From Myxococcales bacterium (GTDB lineage: Bacteria; Myxococcota_A; Polyangia; Palsa-1104): a stretch of 64,000 nucleotides of DNA. Both the position numbers and the translations under genes were made by a program. Each line of letters begins with the position of its first letter. The stretch's first letter is position 1. Under the pieces are notes generated by a model. It did no database searches. It saw only the letters and a program-made list of their open reading frames with translations, and was not told the origin of the DNA. Positions 51,349-60,033 of the stretch are shown here, piece after piece. Location of the stretch: the NCBI GenBank assembly GCA_043741435.1, contig JAYUBF010000264.1, positions 381 to 64,380 of the forward strand, given 5' to 3'.

Positions 51349-53937
51349 ATGGAGATCCTCGACCTCACCGAAGCCCGCAGCCAACTTATCGACCTCGCCC
51401 GTCGGCGTTTCGGGCGCATCAGTCCCGAGCGCATCGCGGAGCACGTGATCGCTGTGAGCACGGGAGCAGATTGGCCGGTGCGCAAAGCGGCCCTCGAGGC
51501 CCTGGCGCGGCGCTACGCCTTCGCGGAGCGAGATGGGCTTCGTGTTCGCAAGTCACGTGGGCGGCGGGTGAACCTACTCGGTGATTACCAGACCGAGCGC
51601 TCCGACAAAAACAAGCGCGACTCTCGACCCTATCAGACGTCGCTACTCTCCTTCGCACCGCTGCGCACGAGTTGTTCGTGCGCGGACTTCGTGCGCAGCT
51701 CGCTCGGTCTGTGCAAGCACGGCCTCGTGGTTCTCGAATCGGTGGAGCGAGCAGGGCCCCCGCGCGCCGAATCTGCTGCACGACGTTCGCCGCCCGTCGC
51801 GGAGATCACCTGGTCGCCTGAGCACCCTCTACGAGGAGATGCAGATCGGCTCGCGCGCCTGCGGATCGCGATCTCTGTGCGGCCGATGCCTGAGGGCTTT
51901 CGTGGTGGTATCCCGCTGCACGCTGCGCTGGTCGATGCGAAGAAGCGGTTCGCGCTGATCGATTCGCTGACCGCACTGCTGCGACGCGGAGCGCACCACG
52001 TCGAACCGGCGATCACGACTCTGCTTTCCGAGGAGCGAGAGCGAGTGGTGCGCGTGCTTGCGAACCAAAATGCGCTCAAGACCAGCCTCGCGTCCCTGCC
52101 CAAGCTGAAGCGCAAGCTCTACCCGTATCAGCGCGTCGGCGTCGAGCGCTTCCTCGCGCGCGGCCGCCTGCTCCTCGCGGACGACATGGGCCTCGGAAAG
52201 ACCGCGCAGGCCATCGCCGCCTGCCATGCGCTGTTCTCCACCGGGCGAATCAAGCGAGGCCTACTCATCGTGCCCGCAGCGCTGAAGCCGCAATGGAAAC
52301 GCGAGTGGGGGGCGAGCACCGACGTACCGCTCACGCTCGTCGAAGGCGCCCCAGACGATCGCGCACGCCTGTACGCCGAGACCAAGCGTGGTTTCCTGGC
52401 GATCGGTTACGAGCAGCTCATGCGCGACTTTTCGCACGTTCAGCGCTTCGCTCCAGAGATGGTTGTGCTCGACGAGGCGCAGCGCATCAAAAACTGGGCG
52501 ACCAAGTCGGCGAGCTATGTGAAGAGCTTGGTCCCGGCGTTTCGCCTGGTATTGACCGGTACGCCGATGGAGAACCGCTTCGACGAGCTGGCCTCGCTCA
52601 TGGATTTCGTCGACGACACCGCGCTCGAGCCCAAGTGGCGCCTGGTGCCGTGGCACTCCATCGAGCGCGGCGACGGCGGCCGCGGAACCGCAGGCGCACG
52701 AAACCTCGACACCCTACGCGAGCGTCTCTCCACAAGCATGCTACGCCGCCTGCGCACCGAGGTGCTCACCCAGCTCCCCGGACGCACCGACACACGCGTG
52801 CCCGTCGAGATGAGCGATCCGCAGCGCGAGGCACACGCTGATCTTGACCAACCGATCGCGGTGCTGATGCAAAAGGCTGCACGCCGCCCGCTGCAGCAGG
52901 CCGAGTTTCTGCGGCTCATGCAGCTGCTCACCACGCAGCGGATGATCTGCAACGGGCTTGCGCAGGTCAATTTCCGCAGCGAATGGCCGCGCTGCCAGGC
53001 CAGTGCAGCCCCAAGCGCGCTGCTCGATAGTTTGTTCGCGCCGAAGCTGTCTGCATTTCGCGGGATCGTCGATCAGATCGTCGTCGGTCAGAAGCGCAAG
53101 ACCGTGGTCTTCAGTCAATGGCGCAATATGCTGCGCCTCGCCGAGTGGAGCGTGCGCGACCAGCTAGCAGCCGTAGGGTTGCGCACCGCGTTCTTCACTG
53201 GTGCCGAGTCGCCGAAGCTGCGCGAGCGGGCGATCGTCGACTTCCATGACGATCCCGACTGCGCGGTCATGTTCCTCAGCGACGCCGGCGGCGTCGGTCT
53301 GAATCTTCAACGTGCAGCGACCTGTTGCGTCAACCTCGAGCTACCGTGGAACCCGGCGGTGCTCGAGCAGCGCATCGGCCGAATCCACCGCCTGGGTCAG
53401 ACCGCGCCCATCGACGTCTATAACCTCGTCGCTGAGGACGGAATCGAGGGGCGCATCGCGACCCTGATCGCCAACAAGAAGGCGGTCTTCTCCTCGCTCT
53501 TTGATGGATCAAGTGACGAGGTGCGCTTCGAGGGCCAGTCCTCATTCCTCGACGGCATGCGCAAGCTCATGGAGCCGACGCCTCCCCCAGTTGAATCTCT
53601 AGAGGGCGCGGACGCGCTCGAGACAGGCGATGCTGTCGCAGTCACGGAGATCGAAAGCACCATAGAAGCATTGGAGCCAGGCGAGCTTGGGTCGATCGCG
53701 GATGAAAGTGCAAACTTCGGTCTATCGATCACCCAGCTTCCGGCGGGAGGCTTGCGAATCGATGCGCCACCTGCGCTCGCTGGGCCGCTCGCGCAGCTTC
53801 TCGAGTCGTTGGCCCGTTCGCTGCGCGCCGCAAGCCGGCCGCTTGGCACTTTCTCCTTGAGTCCGTCGGAGAGCGAGCCGATGGCGACACCAGAGCGCGG
53901 CTCGGATCAAAGTAGACCCCTGTTCCCACCCGAATAA
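51349..53937 (+). CDS. SWIM zinc finger + SNF2-family helicase
   Basis: CSCADF..LGLCKH, LADDMGLGKT, DEAQRIKN, LTGTPMEN, GGVGLNL, WNPAVLEQRIGRIHR. Confidence 0.93.
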   Translation: MEILDLTEARSQLIDLARRRFGRISPERIAEHVIAVSTGADWPVRKAALEALARRYAFAERDGLRVRKSRGRRVNLLGDYQTERSDKNKRDSRPYQTSLLSFAPLRTSCSCADFVRSSLGLCKHGLVVLESVERAGPPRAESAARRSPPVAEITWSPEHPLRGDADRLARLRIAISVRPMPEGFRGGIPLHAALVDAKKRFALIDSLTALLRRGAHHVEPAITTLLSEERERVVRVLANQNALKTSLASLPKLKRKLYPYQRVGVERFLARGRLLLADDMGLGKTAQAIAACHALFSTGRIKRGLLIVPAALKPQWKREWGASTDVPLTLVEGAPDDRARLYAETKRGFLAIGYEQLMRDFSHVQRFAPEMVVLDEAQRIKNWATKSASYVKSLVPAFRLVLTGTPMENRFDELASLMDFVDDTALEPKWRLVPWHSIERGDGGRGTAGARNLDTLRERLSTSMLRRLRTEVLTQLPGRTDTRVPVEMSDPQREAHADLDQPIAVLMQKAARRPLQQAEFLRLMQLLTTQRMICNGLAQVNFRSEWPRCQASAAPSALLDSLFAPKLSAFRGIVDQIVVGQKRKTVVFSQWRNMLRLAEWSVRDQLAAVGLRTAFFTGAESPKLRERAIVDFHDDPDCAVMFLSDAGGVGLNLQRAATCCVNLELPWNPAVLEQRIGRIHRLGQTAPIDVYNLVAEDGIEGRIATLIANKKAVFSSLFDGSSDEVRFEGQSSFLDGMRKLMEPTPPPVESLEGADALETGDAVAVTEIESTIEALEPGELGSIADESANFGLSITQLPAGGLRIDAPPALAGPLAQLLESLARSLRAASRPLGTFSLSPSESEPMATPERGSDQSRPLFPPE

Positions 53938-54054
53938 CCGTCTCCACGCTTGCAGCGCGTGTGCGTGCAGCCGCGGGCCAGGCAGCTCATGCCGCGATTG
54001 TGCCCCGGCATGGAGATCGTGACGTCGGCCGGGTCGCCGCGTAAAGTGCGCGCC

Positions 54055-54750
54055 ATGTCGCGAACCCTGTGTGCATCGTTGCTCCTCCTCTCGCTGGCCG
54101 CGTGTGGTGGCGGGAGCGATCTTCCGTGCGAGGGGAAGTGCGGCACGATCTCGGTCCGCGCCACCGTCGTGGACACCAACGAGCTGCCGACGACCTGCGC
54201 GGCGACCAGCGTCGCCAAGTTCTTGGTCACCCTCAAGCGAGAAGACCAAACGGTGCTCACCACGCGCGAGCTCGCGTGCGACGCGTCCACGGACTTCGGC
54301 CCCACGAGCGCCGGCTTTTTCTACGTCACCGCGCGCGCCCTCGACGCGAACCAAGTGCCACTCGCCGAGGACACGCGCACGACGACGCTGGTGATCGCGA
54401 ACGACCACGCCGACGTCGTGCTGCAGCTGGTGCCCGGGACCCCGAGCGTGCTCGGGCAAGCGTGCACCGAGAGCTGCGCGAATGCTGCGTCGTGCATCAA
54501 CGTGGCCGGCGGCACAGGAGCTTCGTTCTGCTCACCGACGTGCGGCACGGGCAGTAGCCAGGGCGCACCGGAGCATGGTGACCTTGCGTGCGTTCAAGGC
54601 TACGTGGGCGTCGGCAAGCCGAGCTGCAGCCTGTACTCGGGGACCGGCAGCAACGTCACGTGGTCGTGCGGGCTTCGTTGTGGCGACAAGGACGTCTGCC
54701 CGGACGGCATGATCTGCAAGCCGGGTAGCCCGTCGCTCTGCGTTCGGTAG
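54055..54750 (+). CDS. Cys-rich lipoprotein
   Basis: Lipobox LAAC; Cys-rich C-terminal half. Confidence 0.8.
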   Translation: MSRTLCASLLLLSLAACGGGSDLPCEGKCGTISVRATVVDTNELPTTCAATSVAKFLVTLKREDQTVLTTRELACDASTDFGPTSAGFFYVTARALDANQVPLAEDTRTTTLVIANDHADVVLQLVPGTPSVLGQACTESCANAASCINVAGGTGASFCSPTCGTGSSQGAPEHGDLACVQGYVGVGKPSCSLYSGTGSNVTWSCGLRCGDKDVCPDGMICKPGSPSLCVR

Positions 54751-54761
54751 CCTACCGTGAG

Positions 54762-54887
54762 TCAGTGCCAGAGCTCGAGCAGCCCGGGACGCTCTAGCTC
54801 GAGGTCCGTCGGCTCGAAGCGCGGTCGCACCGGGCGGGCGCTGGCTGGCGCGCTCGACAATGCGGCGAAGAGACACCACGCCACCAT
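54762..54887 (-). pseudogene. Signal peptide plus N-terminal relic of a secreted protein
   Basis: MVAWCLFAALSSAPASA-RPVRPRFEPTDLELERPG, then a stop. Confidence 0.4.
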
Positions 54888-55054
54888 CGGCTTCACGGCG
54901 AAACGGCCAGCACGAGGATGCAGTGCCACCTGCCAGTCGCTCTCGTTGTCGTCGGACGTCATCTGCGCGTGCGGAGCCAACCATGGGCGGTGCCGAAACA
55001 CCACCACCTCCGGCTCGTTCGGTGTATGGCTCGACGACCATGCAATTTGCAGCG

Positions 55055-55822
55055 ATGAACGGGTGGCTCGCGCTGGCGTTGTGCCTCGTTGCTTGCGGGT
55101 CGACCAGCGAGGAGCCCACCGACGGTGGCGCTGTCGACCTGTCCGCGACGCACTCGACCACGGACGCCGCCGCGTCCGATCCGTCCGAGCTGGGTCAAGC
55201 GATGCTGCCCGACATGGCACTCACGCCACCGCCCGACCTGGCGAGCCCGTTGTCGATCGTGGCCAACCCCTTGCCGTACGACACCGAGCGCCTCGCGCAG
55301 ATGGCGAAGTATTCGCTCGATCACTACGGCATCTCTACCTCGGTGTTGGTGCCACAGCTCGTCGTGCTGCACTTCACGGATGGCCCCACGTGGACGTCCG
55401 CCTACAACCTGTTCGCGGCCAACGAGCCGAACCGCGGCGAGATGCCGGGGACGTGCGCGCACTACATCGTGGAGCAGAACGGCACGATCCATGGACTCGT
55501 CGATCCGAGCGTGCGTTGTCGTCATGCGGTCGGTGTGAACCACGTCGCGATCGGTATCGAGATCGTGCAGGAGTCGTTGAACGAGGGCGGCGCGTGGGCC
55601 GATCAGCAGATCCTCGCTCGTCCGGCACAGATCGACGCGGTGCTGGCGCTCGTGCACTGGCTCCAAGCGAAGTACGCGATCGACTCCAACCACGTCATCG
55701 GACACGCCACGGCGAATGCGTCGCCGTTGTTCCTCGATCTCGAGGGCTGGACCAATGACCACGTGGACTGGCTCGAGCCGGACGTGGTCGAGTTTCGCAA
55801 GCGCCTCGACGCCCTGCCGTAG
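55055..55822 (+). CDS. N-acetylmuramoyl-L-alanine amidase (Amidase_2) lipoprotein
   Basis: Lipobox LVAC; VVLHFT, AHYIV..GTI, HAVGVN..IGIEI, VIGH. Confidence 0.88.
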   Translation: MNGWLALALCLVACGSTSEEPTDGGAVDLSATHSTTDAAASDPSELGQAMLPDMALTPPPDLASPLSIVANPLPYDTERLAQMAKYSLDHYGISTSVLVPQLVVLHFTDGPTWTSAYNLFAANEPNRGEMPGTCAHYIVEQNGTIHGLVDPSVRCRHAVGVNHVAIGIEIVQESLNEGGAWADQQILARPAQIDAVLALVHWLQAKYAIDSNHVIGHATANASPLFLDLEGWTNDHVDWLEPDVVEFRKRLDALP

Positions 55823-56197
55823 TCAGCCTTCGCGGATCGACTTGCCGAACGGCGCGAGCGCGAGGAACGCCAGCTTGAAGTGCTGCAGCCCAAAAGGGAT
55901 TCCGATGATGGAGACGCAGAGCGCGGCGCCGAGTGCGACGTGGCTGAGGAAGATCCAGATGCCGGCGAGCAAGAACCAGACGACATTGAGCGCGAAGCTG
56001 ATCGTGCCCGCGCCCGGGGCGTCGGCGATGGTTTTGCCGAAGGGGACGAGGCCGAGCACGGCGATCTTGAAGCACTGGAGGCCCGCGGGGATCCCGACGA
56101 TGGTGAGGCACAGGAGCACGCCCACGAGCAGGTACTCGAGGCAGATGACGAGCCCGCCACCGAGGAAGATCCAGAGGAGATTCAGCAGGAGTGACAT
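55823..56197 (-). CDS. yccF: YccF-family inner membrane protein
   Basis: NLLWIFLGG, TIVGIP.GLQCFK, IIGIPFGLQHFKLA..PFGK. Confidence 0.92.
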   Translation of the reverse strand: MSLLLNLLWIFLGGGLVICLEYLLVGVLLCLTIVGIPAGLQCFKIAVLGLVPFGKTIADAPGAGTISFALNVVWFLLAGIWIFLSHVALGAALCVSIIGIPFGLQHFKLAFLALAPFGKSIREG

Positions 56198-56252
56198 GCG
56201 TCTTCGTGTGAATGCGAACGCCGTCGCCGTGGTTGTGGGACGGCGTTCGCGA

Positions 56253-56278
56253 GAGTAGACGATGCGAGTAGACGATGC
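56253..56278 (+). repeat. 13-bp tandem duplication (GAGTAGACGATGC)x2
   Basis: Read directly; intergenic. Confidence 0.95.
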
Positions 56279-56339
56279 GCCTAGGCTAACGACAAGAAGA
56301 TAAGAACGAAGCCGAGACCTGGCCGTCTCGACGGAAAAA

Positions 56340-56708
56340 CTAGCGGCCTGCGGAGAGCGCGAAGAAGAGCGTGTTCCATTTGCCCTGCTTGGACCAGTTA
56401 CCGTCCGCCTTCTTGGCGAAGGTCGCGGTCTTGATCGCGTGCCACACGTCGGGGTGGAGGCTCATCCGCGGCGGGCCGGGCTGCTTGCCGAAGGCCTGGA
56501 TCTCGACGCGCGCCGTCTTGCCGTTCGACGAAATGTGCAGACGGTCCTTGCTGTAGTCGGTGCCGTACCTGCCGGCGTCGTGTGCCTTGAGCGCCGCGAA
56601 GCTCTTGTTGGCGGCGGCCTTGAGGTTATTGGAGACTGCGGCGGCGCTTGCGGTGCCGGCGGCACCGAACGCGAGAACGGGAACGATCAAGAGGGCGAGC
56701 GTGCGCAT
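56340..56708 (-). CDS. Small basic secreted protein
   Basis: Signal peptide ending ASA; SD AGGAG. Confidence 0.75.
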   Translation of the reverse strand: MRTLALLIVPVLAFGAAGTASAAAVSNNLKAAANKSFAALKAHDAGRYGTDYSKDRLHISSNGKTARVEIQAFGKQPGPPRMSLHPDVWHAIKTATFAKKADGNWSKQGKWNTLFFALSAGR

Positions 56709-56732
56709 GGGTTGCTCCTGTGAGTTGGGGGA

Positions 56733-56765
56733 TGCAACCTCCCTGCCGTTGCAAGGTCCGGGCCA
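56733..56765 (-). promoter_or_regulatory. Two tandem sigma54-type motifs
   Basis: TGGCCCGGACCTTGCA (56765-56750) and CGGCAGGGAGGTTGCA (56748-56733). Confidence 0.55.
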
Positions 56766-56882
56766 GCAGCGGCACGCGGTGATTTCGGTGCGTTGGCGAC
56801 GTGGAAGGTGGCTAGCGTCGCTTCGATCGCGCCTCTCAGCGGCGACCCGGCCCGCCACGTTGCGTCGACGGTGAGTACTTCG

Positions 56883-57539
56883 TCACACGGCGAGGCCGAG
56901 GTGCTCGCGCAGGTGCGCCAGTGTTTCGACGACGACCGGCGCCTCTCCGCGCAGGCGATGGATCGGGTGATGCCCCGCAGCGACGACGACGCAGTCGACC
57001 CCGAGCGCACGCGCGACCTCTAGGTCGTGGAGTGTGTCACCGACCAGCAACATCGTGTCGGGCGGGTCACCGAGAAGGTCCAGCAGCTCACGACCGCGCG
57101 CGATTTTGCTGTGTGCATGGAAGTCGTCGAGCCCGGCGATCTGCGCGAAGTGAGCACGCACGCCGAAGTGATCGAGGACCTCGAGCAGGGTGGTCTGCTG
57201 ATGCGCCGAGAGGATGGACTGGGACACGCCGGCATCAGCGACGGACTGGAGGAGCGGGCCTGCGCCCTCGTGGAGCCGCGTCTCGAGGCGGCGCGAATGG
57301 AAGCCAGAGATGAACTCATGGCTGAGCTTCTCGAACTCGCCGTCGTGGAGCGGGAGGCCGAGCCGCTCGTAGAAGAGACGAACGGGGAAGTCGAAGATGT
57401 CGTGGTAGCGCGCGCGATCGATGGGCGCATGGCCGCGGCGCGCGAGCACCCCGTTGATGACGTCGACACAGAGGTCGAGATCGTCGAGCAGGGTTCCGTT
57501 CCAGTCCCAGATCAAGTGCCGGTAGCGCCGCACCACCAT
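56883..57539 (-). CDS. HAD-family phosphatase
   Basis: WDWNGTLLDD, ILSA, VGDTLHD. Confidence 0.92.
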   Translation of the reverse strand: MVVRRYRHLIWDWNGTLLDDLDLCVDVINGVLARRGHAPIDRARYHDIFDFPVRLFYERLGLPLHDGEFEKLSHEFISGFHSRRLETRLHEGAGPLLQSVADAGVSQSILSAHQQTTLLEVLDHFGVRAHFAQIAGLDDFHAHSKIARGRELLDLLGDPPDTMLLVGDTLHDLEVARALGVDCVVVAAGHHPIHRLRGEAPVVVETLAHLREHLGLAV

Positions 57540-57662
57540 GAAGGGCCCATATCACGAGCGGTCTCGAAACTCGATACCAGTCACGCGACGCTGCTGGCGC
57601 CTGCGGGCCGCGCGGGGTCATCCGGTGCAAGGAGGTGCAAGAAGAGCTTCATGGCGGCTAGC

Positions 57663-58598
57663 CTAAAATAAGCCGGCGACGGTGATGAGCCCCTGCTCGG
57701 TGGTCACATTGCCACCGAGTCGGATGGGTGCCTTCCCTCGGTGGACGACGGGAACGATCACGCCGATCGCCGAACCGACGACTGCGCCCACGATCGTATC
57801 GGTCGCGAAGTGGCTGTCGCTCGTCACGCGCAGCATCGCGACGCAGGTTGCCCCCGCCATGCCGAGCGCCCATGCGAGGGGCGCCAGCTTGTGGTGACGA
57901 AGGGTGAGCTCGGTCGCCATCGTGCTCGCGACGACGAACGCCAGCGTCGTGTGCCCCGAGAAGAACGACAGATTCTTGTCGACGGCGCGCTCACCGTCGG
58001 TGGGGTCGTCGATGGAGAACGGGCGGCGACGCGCTGTCGCGAACCGGGTGCCCGCGTGAAGCGAGAGTGCGGTCACCGTCGCCTCGAGGATGAGGAGCGT
58101 ATCGACGCCGAAGCGCTTGGCCCAGTGCTTCCCGGGCCTGTTGCGATTCTGGTAGTTCGAGAGAAGATCGAGCCCGAGCGCAAAGACCGGGAGCGCTCCG
58201 AAGGCGAGGACGTCGGATGCGATGCCCGACGCCCCACGGTTGGCCGAGGCGAACGTGCGCATTGCCGACGAGTCGAATGCGTTGAGCGTTTCGCGGGTCT
58301 CACACCAGCGGCAGGCGGTCGGGCCGTACAAGTTCTTGAGCCCCTCGGAGGTACCCAGGATCACGCCGGCGACTATCGTGACGGGGATGTCCAGCGTCAG
58401 TACGTAGGCGAGCTCGTCCTTCGGGGCCTCGGCAGTTCGCAGTCTGTGCTTCGGGACTTTCGTCGGTCGCGACTCGTGGTCCGCTGGCTGCCCATCGGTG
58501 CCCGTTGCATCTTGCGCTTGGGCCCGGGCCCCGAGGGAGACCAGCAAGCCGAGGGTCACGAGTGAGCGGCCAAATCGATTCCAGATGCGGGGCCTCAT
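57663..58598 (-). CDS. PAP2-family phosphatase
   Basis: RRRP, SFFSGHT, RVTSDSHFATD. Confidence 0.88.
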   Translation of the reverse strand: MRPRIWNRFGRSLVTLGLLVSLGARAQAQDATGTDGQPADHESRPTKVPKHRLRTAEAPKDELAYVLTLDIPVTIVAGVILGTSEGLKNLYGPTACRWCETRETLNAFDSSAMRTFASANRGASGIASDVLAFGALPVFALGLDLLSNYQNRNRPGKHWAKRFGVDTLLILEATVTALSLHAGTRFATARRRPFSIDDPTDGERAVDKNLSFFSGHTTLAFVVASTMATELTLRHHKLAPLAWALGMAGATCVAMLRVTSDSHFATDTIVGAVVGSAIGVIVPVVHRGKAPIRLGGNVTTEQGLITVAGLF

Positions 58599-58650
58599 GC
58601 GGGGGCGACGAGAGGCGCGAAACACGGCACTTGGGGGCATCCGGGGACAT

Positions 58651-58818
58651 CTAGGCCTGGAAGGGCAGAGCGTCCATGAAGTCGTTCTTGCCGAGCACCA
58701 CGCCGCTGTTGCGCAAGATCGAGTAGGCGGTGGTGACATGGAAGTAGAAGTTGGGCACGGACAGCGACATCACCGACTGCGCGCCGGTCATCCACTTGCC
58801 TGACGACGTCGGCCATCG
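58651..58818 (-). pseudogene. DUF1993-family C-terminal relic
   Basis: PNFYFHVTTAYSILRNSGVVLGKNDF; the N-terminal part is absent. Confidence 0.8.
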
Positions 58819-60033
58819 TCATGGGAGGGGCTCCTGGGGCGCGAACAGCGTGGTTGCTAAAAGGCCGGTGACGACGCGGCACAACGCGTCGAGGCGCCGG
58901 GCGGCGCGAAGGGGCTCGATGTAAGCCAGGTCGGACCGTCCGCCAAGGCGTTGCGCGCCGTTTTCTACGGTGGCGACCCTTTCGCCGAGTGCCTGCGTGA
59001 GCTCGACGCGCAGATCGAAGCGGGTGGCGGGCAGCCAGAGCCCTTCTTGCTCCGCGAGATCCACGTAGAACCGGCCCCAGTGAACCAGCACATCATCGGG
59101 CCTCACGAACTCGTTCCACCGTTGCTGCCACTCGAGGGCCGTGCTGCCCGCGCGCAGCTCGTCCTCGGAGCGCCCCACGTGATCCACGGTGGCGGGTGCC
59201 AGCACCTTCAGGGGCGCAATGAAGTGGCGAAAGTCTGCTCCGTCGTTCTGGCGCCGCGCGGTCCAGGCAACGCTCTCCGCGGGTTGATGCCGCGGATCAT
59301 TGCGGGCCCACCCATTGGCATCCCCTTGCACGCACACGATGCGATCGGCCACGTCCCGCAGCTTCGCCGCTAGCCGCTGCACGCGAGTGGGCCGCACCGT
59401 CTTCGTGCGGGCGTGCCGCCTAGCGCCGACCTCCGACACGTAGCGCTGCTGGGTGGCCACCATCGCGCGGAACGGGCCGCGCAGTGCATCGAAGCGGTCG
59501 TCCTGCTCGAGCACCGGCAACAGCTCGGCCAGCGCCTCGATGGTGGACACGCAGAACTCGGCCGGTTGCTTCCGAATCTGGTACTCGCTCGGCCGCGCCG
59601 GAGAGAGACCGATACGTGGAAGCGATGCGATGGCCGGGTTCATGCGCAACAGCTTCTGCGCCTGGGTCCAGGTGCCATCGACGACGACGAGCGTGATCGG
59701 CGGACCGGGCGGAAGGTCGGCTGGCGCGATGGCGCCTTCTCCCGGGAACAACACGTACGCATTCTGCCGTGTCGCGTGGCGGACCACGGCGTCGTTCGAA
59801 AAATCGATGCCGATCCGCAGCGTCGATCCCGTGAGCGCGAGGTGCGCCATCCGTGCGGTGCCGATGGCGGTCCACTGCTCGCGCGGGTGCTGGAGCAGCA
59901 GCACGTGGTTCCGTGGTTTCAGCGACGGGAGGTGGGCGCAATAGCACACCGTCACCGGCCGCCGGCAACGCTCACATGAGGCACGCGGCGAGCGCACCTC
60001 GCCACCTTCGAGCTCGAGACTGCTCCGTTTCAC
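58819..60033 (-). CDS. DTW-domain tRNA aminocarboxypropyltransferase with C-terminal extension
   Basis: CERC..VCYC, LLQHPRE, VVDGTW, YQIRKQP, STIEA. Confidence 0.88.
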   Translation of the reverse strand: MKRSSLELEGGEVRSPRASCERCRRPVTVCYCAHLPSLKPRNHVLLLQHPREQWTAIGTARMAHLALTGSTLRIGIDFSNDAVVRHATRQNAYVLFPGEGAIAPADLPPGPPITLVVVDGTWTQAQKLLRMNPAIASLPRIGLSPARPSEYQIRKQPAEFCVSTIEALAELLPVLEQDDRFDALRGPFRAMVATQQRYVSEVGARRHARTKTVRPTRVQRLAAKLRDVADRIVCVQGDANGWARNDPRHQPAESVAWTARRQNDGADFRHFIAPLKVLAPATVDHVGRSEDELRAGSTALEWQQRWNEFVRPDDVLVHWGRFYVDLAEQEGLWLPATRFDLRVELTQALGERVATVENGAQRLGGRSDLAYIEPLRAARRLDALCRVVTGLLATTLFAPQEPLP

